Part shown: piece after piece, positions 61,379-64,000 of the stretch
Layout of the letters: the number at the start of each line of letters is the position of its first letter
How positions within the stretch are numbered: position 1 is the stretch's first letter
Source of the DNA: Nitrosopumilaceae archaeon
GTDB lineage: Archaea > Thermoproteota > Nitrososphaeria > Nitrososphaerales > Nitrosopumilaceae
NCBI GenBank assembly: GCA_965208905.1
Contig: OZ242365.1
Coordinates: 480,001 to 544,000, forward strand
Direction of reading: 5' to 3'
DNA length: 64,000 nt
Translations under genes and position numbers: made by a program
The notes under the pieces: generated by a model
Seen by the model: the letters and a program-made list of their open reading frames with translations, nothing else
Told to the model about the DNA's origin: nothing
Databases searched by the model: none

Positions 61379-61981
61379 ATGTTGTTCACTGGTATAATTC
61401 AAGGAATCGGAAGGGTGCAGAGCATATCGCCCAGCGACAGACGTAGTGTGTTATGTATGGACATTGATCTGGGTGGTTGCGCAGAGGGTCTAGAGCAAGG
61501 CCACAGTGTGGCCATAAATGGTGTCTGTCTAACAGTTGTGGACATCCATGATACGCGTTGTACATTTGAGATGATACAAGAGACCGTGCAGACTACAGGG
61601 TTAAGATCGTTAAAAGCTGGCGACAGCGTCAATATAGAGCGAAGCCTTCGCGTGGGCGATAAGATAGAGGGACATTTTGTGTTGGGACATGTGGATGGAA
61701 CCGGTGTAATAGATGAGATTCAAGAACGCCCCGGCGAGGTCAGTATCAAGATTCGCGTACCAGAAACACTATCAAAGTATATAGTCAAGAAAGGGTCCAT
61801 AGCAATCGACGGTACAAGTTTGACCATTACGGATATACAAGACAATATGATACAGATATCATTAATACCACATACCATGGAGGTCACAAACTTTGGTACG
61901 CGCCAAGCAGGAGACATCATCAATATAGAGACGGACATACTGGGCAAATACGTTCTAAAGGAAGATAATATACAAGTATAA
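61379..61981 (+). CDS. ribC: Riboflavin synthase (alpha-chain type)
   Basis: MLFTGII, SVAINGVCLT, GHFVLGHVDG, KGSIAIDGTSLT. Confidence 0.95.
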   Translation: MLFTGIIQGIGRVQSISPSDRRSVLCMDIDLGGCAEGLEQGHSVAINGVCLTVVDIHDTRCTFEMIQETVQTTGLRSLKAGDSVNIERSLRVGDKIEGHFVLGHVDGTGVIDEIQERPGEVSIKIRVPETLSKYIVKKGSIAIDGTSLTITDIQDNMIQISLIPHTMEVTNFGTRQAGDIINIETDILGKYVLKEDNIQV

Positions 61982-62037
61982 TTGTACTTACCAAAAAATA
62001 TGTAAACTTTATAACATCATGACATATAGAAGAGACC

Positions 62038-62703
62038 ATGCCCATCCAAGATGCCATAAATGATCTGCAGAATGGTCGCTTTGTCATGATACATGATGCA
62101 GGTGAGCGCGAGAATGAGTACGACATGGTGATAGCTGCGCAGTTCATCAAACCCGAGCATATATCCAAGATGAGGGTTGATGCTGGAGGCCTACTATGCT
62201 TGGCCCTAGAACATAACTTTGCCATATCACTGGGACTAGAGTATATGCATCGCATACTTGAGGACTCTTCAATACCATCACAGATGATACTAGGACGGGC
62301 CAAGTATGGGGATCATCCCACATTCTCCATTGGAATAAATCACATAGATGCATACACAGGAATAACCGATATAGAGAGGGCGCACACCATACGCCAGATG
62401 TCTAGATTGTATGAAGCCGATGGTGATATGCGTTCAAAGTTTATACAGTCGTTTCAGACACCTGGCCATGTACCTCTTCTGATAGCTGCTGATGGACTGC
62501 TTTATACACGACAGGGCCACACCGAGATGTCTGTATATCTGGCTGGTATGGCAGAACTATTACCGATGGCAGCAATCTGCGAGATGATGGATTCGAAGAC
62601 GCATATGGCGTTAAAGGAGGATGAGGCGCACAAGTTTGCCCAAAAAAATTCTATAAAGATAGTCGAGTCGACTGAGTTGTTGGAGGAGCTCACAGTACAA
62701 TGA
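62038..62703 (+). CDS. ribB: 3,4-dihydroxy-2-butanone-4-phosphate synthase
   Basis: D..ERENE.D, TGITD..RA.T, PGHV, RQGHTE, ICEM. Confidence 0.95.
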   Translation: MPIQDAINDLQNGRFVMIHDAGERENEYDMVIAAQFIKPEHISKMRVDAGGLLCLALEHNFAISLGLEYMHRILEDSSIPSQMILGRAKYGDHPTFSIGINHIDAYTGITDIERAHTIRQMSRLYEADGDMRSKFIQSFQTPGHVPLLIAADGLLYTRQGHTEMSVYLAGMAELLPMAAICEMMDSKTHMALKEDEAHKFAQKNSIKIVESTELLEELTVQ

Positions 62704-63116
62704 AGATTGCCATTGTGGTCTCTGAATTTAACTTGGAGATTACAAGTCGTATGTTAGAGGCTGCGCAGGATAGGGCGGCTGAGATTGGTCTAGATATTGT
62801 AAAAGTCTGCCATGTTCCTGGCGCCTACGATATTCCATATATGGTAAATGTGTTGTTTGGTGGAGGCCAGATAGACGGTATAGCCACACTGGGCGCAGTA
62901 ATAAAAGGAAAGACAAAGCATGATGAGATAATATCACATGTTACAGCATCAACACTACAGAGTCTGTCTATAAAGTATGACAAGCCAGTATCATTGGGGG
63001 TTACCGGGCCCGGTATGACCGAACGGCAAGCCTATGCCCGAATAAGACCGGTTGCTCGACACGCCATAGAGTCTTTGGTATATCTACATAAGGAAGCGGC
63101 AAGGGTGAGATCATGA
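62700..63116 (+). CDS. ribH: 6,7-dimethyl-8-ribityllumazine synthase
   Basis: IAIVVSEFN, VPGAYDIP, LGAVIKG.T.H. Confidence 0.95.
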   Translation: MKIAIVVSEFNLEITSRMLEAAQDRAAEIGLDIVKVCHVPGAYDIPYMVNVLFGGGQIDGIATLGAVIKGKTKHDEIISHVTASTLQSLSIKYDKPVSLGVTGPGMTERQAYARIRPVARHAIESLVYLHKEAARVRS

Positions 63117-63835
63117 TGCAGGTTACAGTGGCCAACATACGCGGATACGGGCCTTGGACTTTAACACTGGGCCATGACCGGGAACACCACCTACAGATGC
63201 TACAAGCTTCGCTGTATCGCAAGACACAGCAGTTATTCTCAGAGAAGGGAGCATTGGTCTTTCCCAACAGATATGATGAATATATCATAGCGTCCAGTGG
63301 CATGGATGCTGAGGAGCACTCTAATATTTCAAATATAATATCAAACGAATTTCAGGTGAAATTGGATATGTATGTTGGTCACGGAGATACACCACAAAAA
63401 GCAGAGCAGTCTGCCCACATGCATCGCTCAGTGGATACAGCCAAAAAACATTCAGATGACATAGTAACTGTAATGCATATAGATGTGGACAACCTTACTG
63501 ATAGAACACATAGTGTCTCTCCCTATGGCATAAGCCAGATTATGCTAAAGTTACATTTAGAGATGTCAGAGTATTTTTTGGAACGGGAGTCACTCTCATT
63601 TTTTATGGGTGGAGATAATTTTATGGTGTTAGGGTCAGACCAGGGAAGAGATGCCAGTCAGGGATTTTTAGATAAGATAAAGCAAGGGATGGGAATAAAT
63701 CTAAACTGTGGGATTGGTGTAGCATCTACAGGCAGAGAGGCAGCCCGACGTGCAACAAAATCTCTTGATACAATAAGGGAGATTCGTGAATCAGGCGCAG
63801 AAGAGATACCGCGAATATATGAGGCAGATTGTTAA
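63113..63835 (+). CDS. gch3: GTP cyclohydrolase III (IIa)
   Basis: YGPWTLTLG.DREH.LQ.LQA, FFMGGDNF. Confidence 0.92.
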   Translation: MMQVTVANIRGYGPWTLTLGHDREHHLQMLQASLYRKTQQLFSEKGALVFPNRYDEYIIASSGMDAEEHSNISNIISNEFQVKLDMYVGHGDTPQKAEQSAHMHRSVDTAKKHSDDIVTVMHIDVDNLTDRTHSVSPYGISQIMLKLHLEMSEYFLERESLSFFMGGDNFMVLGSDQGRDASQGFLDKIKQGMGINLNCGIGVASTGREAARRATKSLDTIREIRESGAEEIPRIYEADC

Positions 63836-64000
63836 TACAGAATGTATCTGCCCTTTTAGGATTAGACTTAGAGTATAAAGAATCAGTAGACATACGTATG
63901 CAAAATGGCATATTCACAGATATAGGAGAGGGTTTGGATAGTATAGGCGAGAGCACATATGATGGCCAAGGGCTCTTGGCAGTGCCGGGTTTTGTAAACT
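63829..64000 (+). CDS. Amidohydrolase family protein, partial (runs off window)
   Basis: TTG start; MLIQNVSALLG...DGQGLLAVPGFVN precedes the expected HxH motif. Confidence 0.75.
   Translation, partial: MLIQNVSALLGLDLEYKESVDIRMQNGIFTDIGEGLDSIGESTYDGQGLLAVPGFVN

Overview
A 64-kb segment of an ammonia-oxidising archaeon (Nitrososphaerota/Thaumarchaeota, Nitrosopumilaceae-like). The gene set resembles Cenarchaeum-type animal or sponge symbionts; this is inferred from gene content only. Positions 1-~16,480 are an accessory island next to the 3' end of tRNA-Lys(TTT). It holds a virus-like block of tightly coupled minus-strand genes (P-loop ATPase, Zn-ribbon, coiled-coil, membrane and RHH-like proteins), a 917-aa secreted protein between ~69-bp direct repeats, a 171-bp MITE, a cupredoxin-PKD-DUF285 surface protein and a four-domain cyclophilin/GSDH/PEFG-like/DsbA fusion. 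The rest is mostly core genes (cdc48, gatDE, tes, pelA, eif2a/g, nop10, aglB, priLS, argH, hflX, trm56, tfe, lysC, rib genes). The most striking observation is a set of transposase-less elements with terminal inverted repeats (TIRs) and 8-bp target-site duplications (TSDs). (i) A tnpB gene lies between perfect 24-bp TIRs with a perfect TAAATATT TSD (50183-51647). (ii) A 355-bp internally deleted tnpB element has different 20-bp TIRs and a 7/8 TSD (59996-60350). (iii) A 3.15-kb cassette with a rolling-circle HUH Rep and a secreted metalloprotease (47014-50166) has degenerate ends resembling those of (ii). TIR/TSD ends are typical of DDE transposons, not of the IS200/IS605 or IS607 elements that normally carry prokaryotic TnpB. 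All assignments were made by eye; no searches were run.
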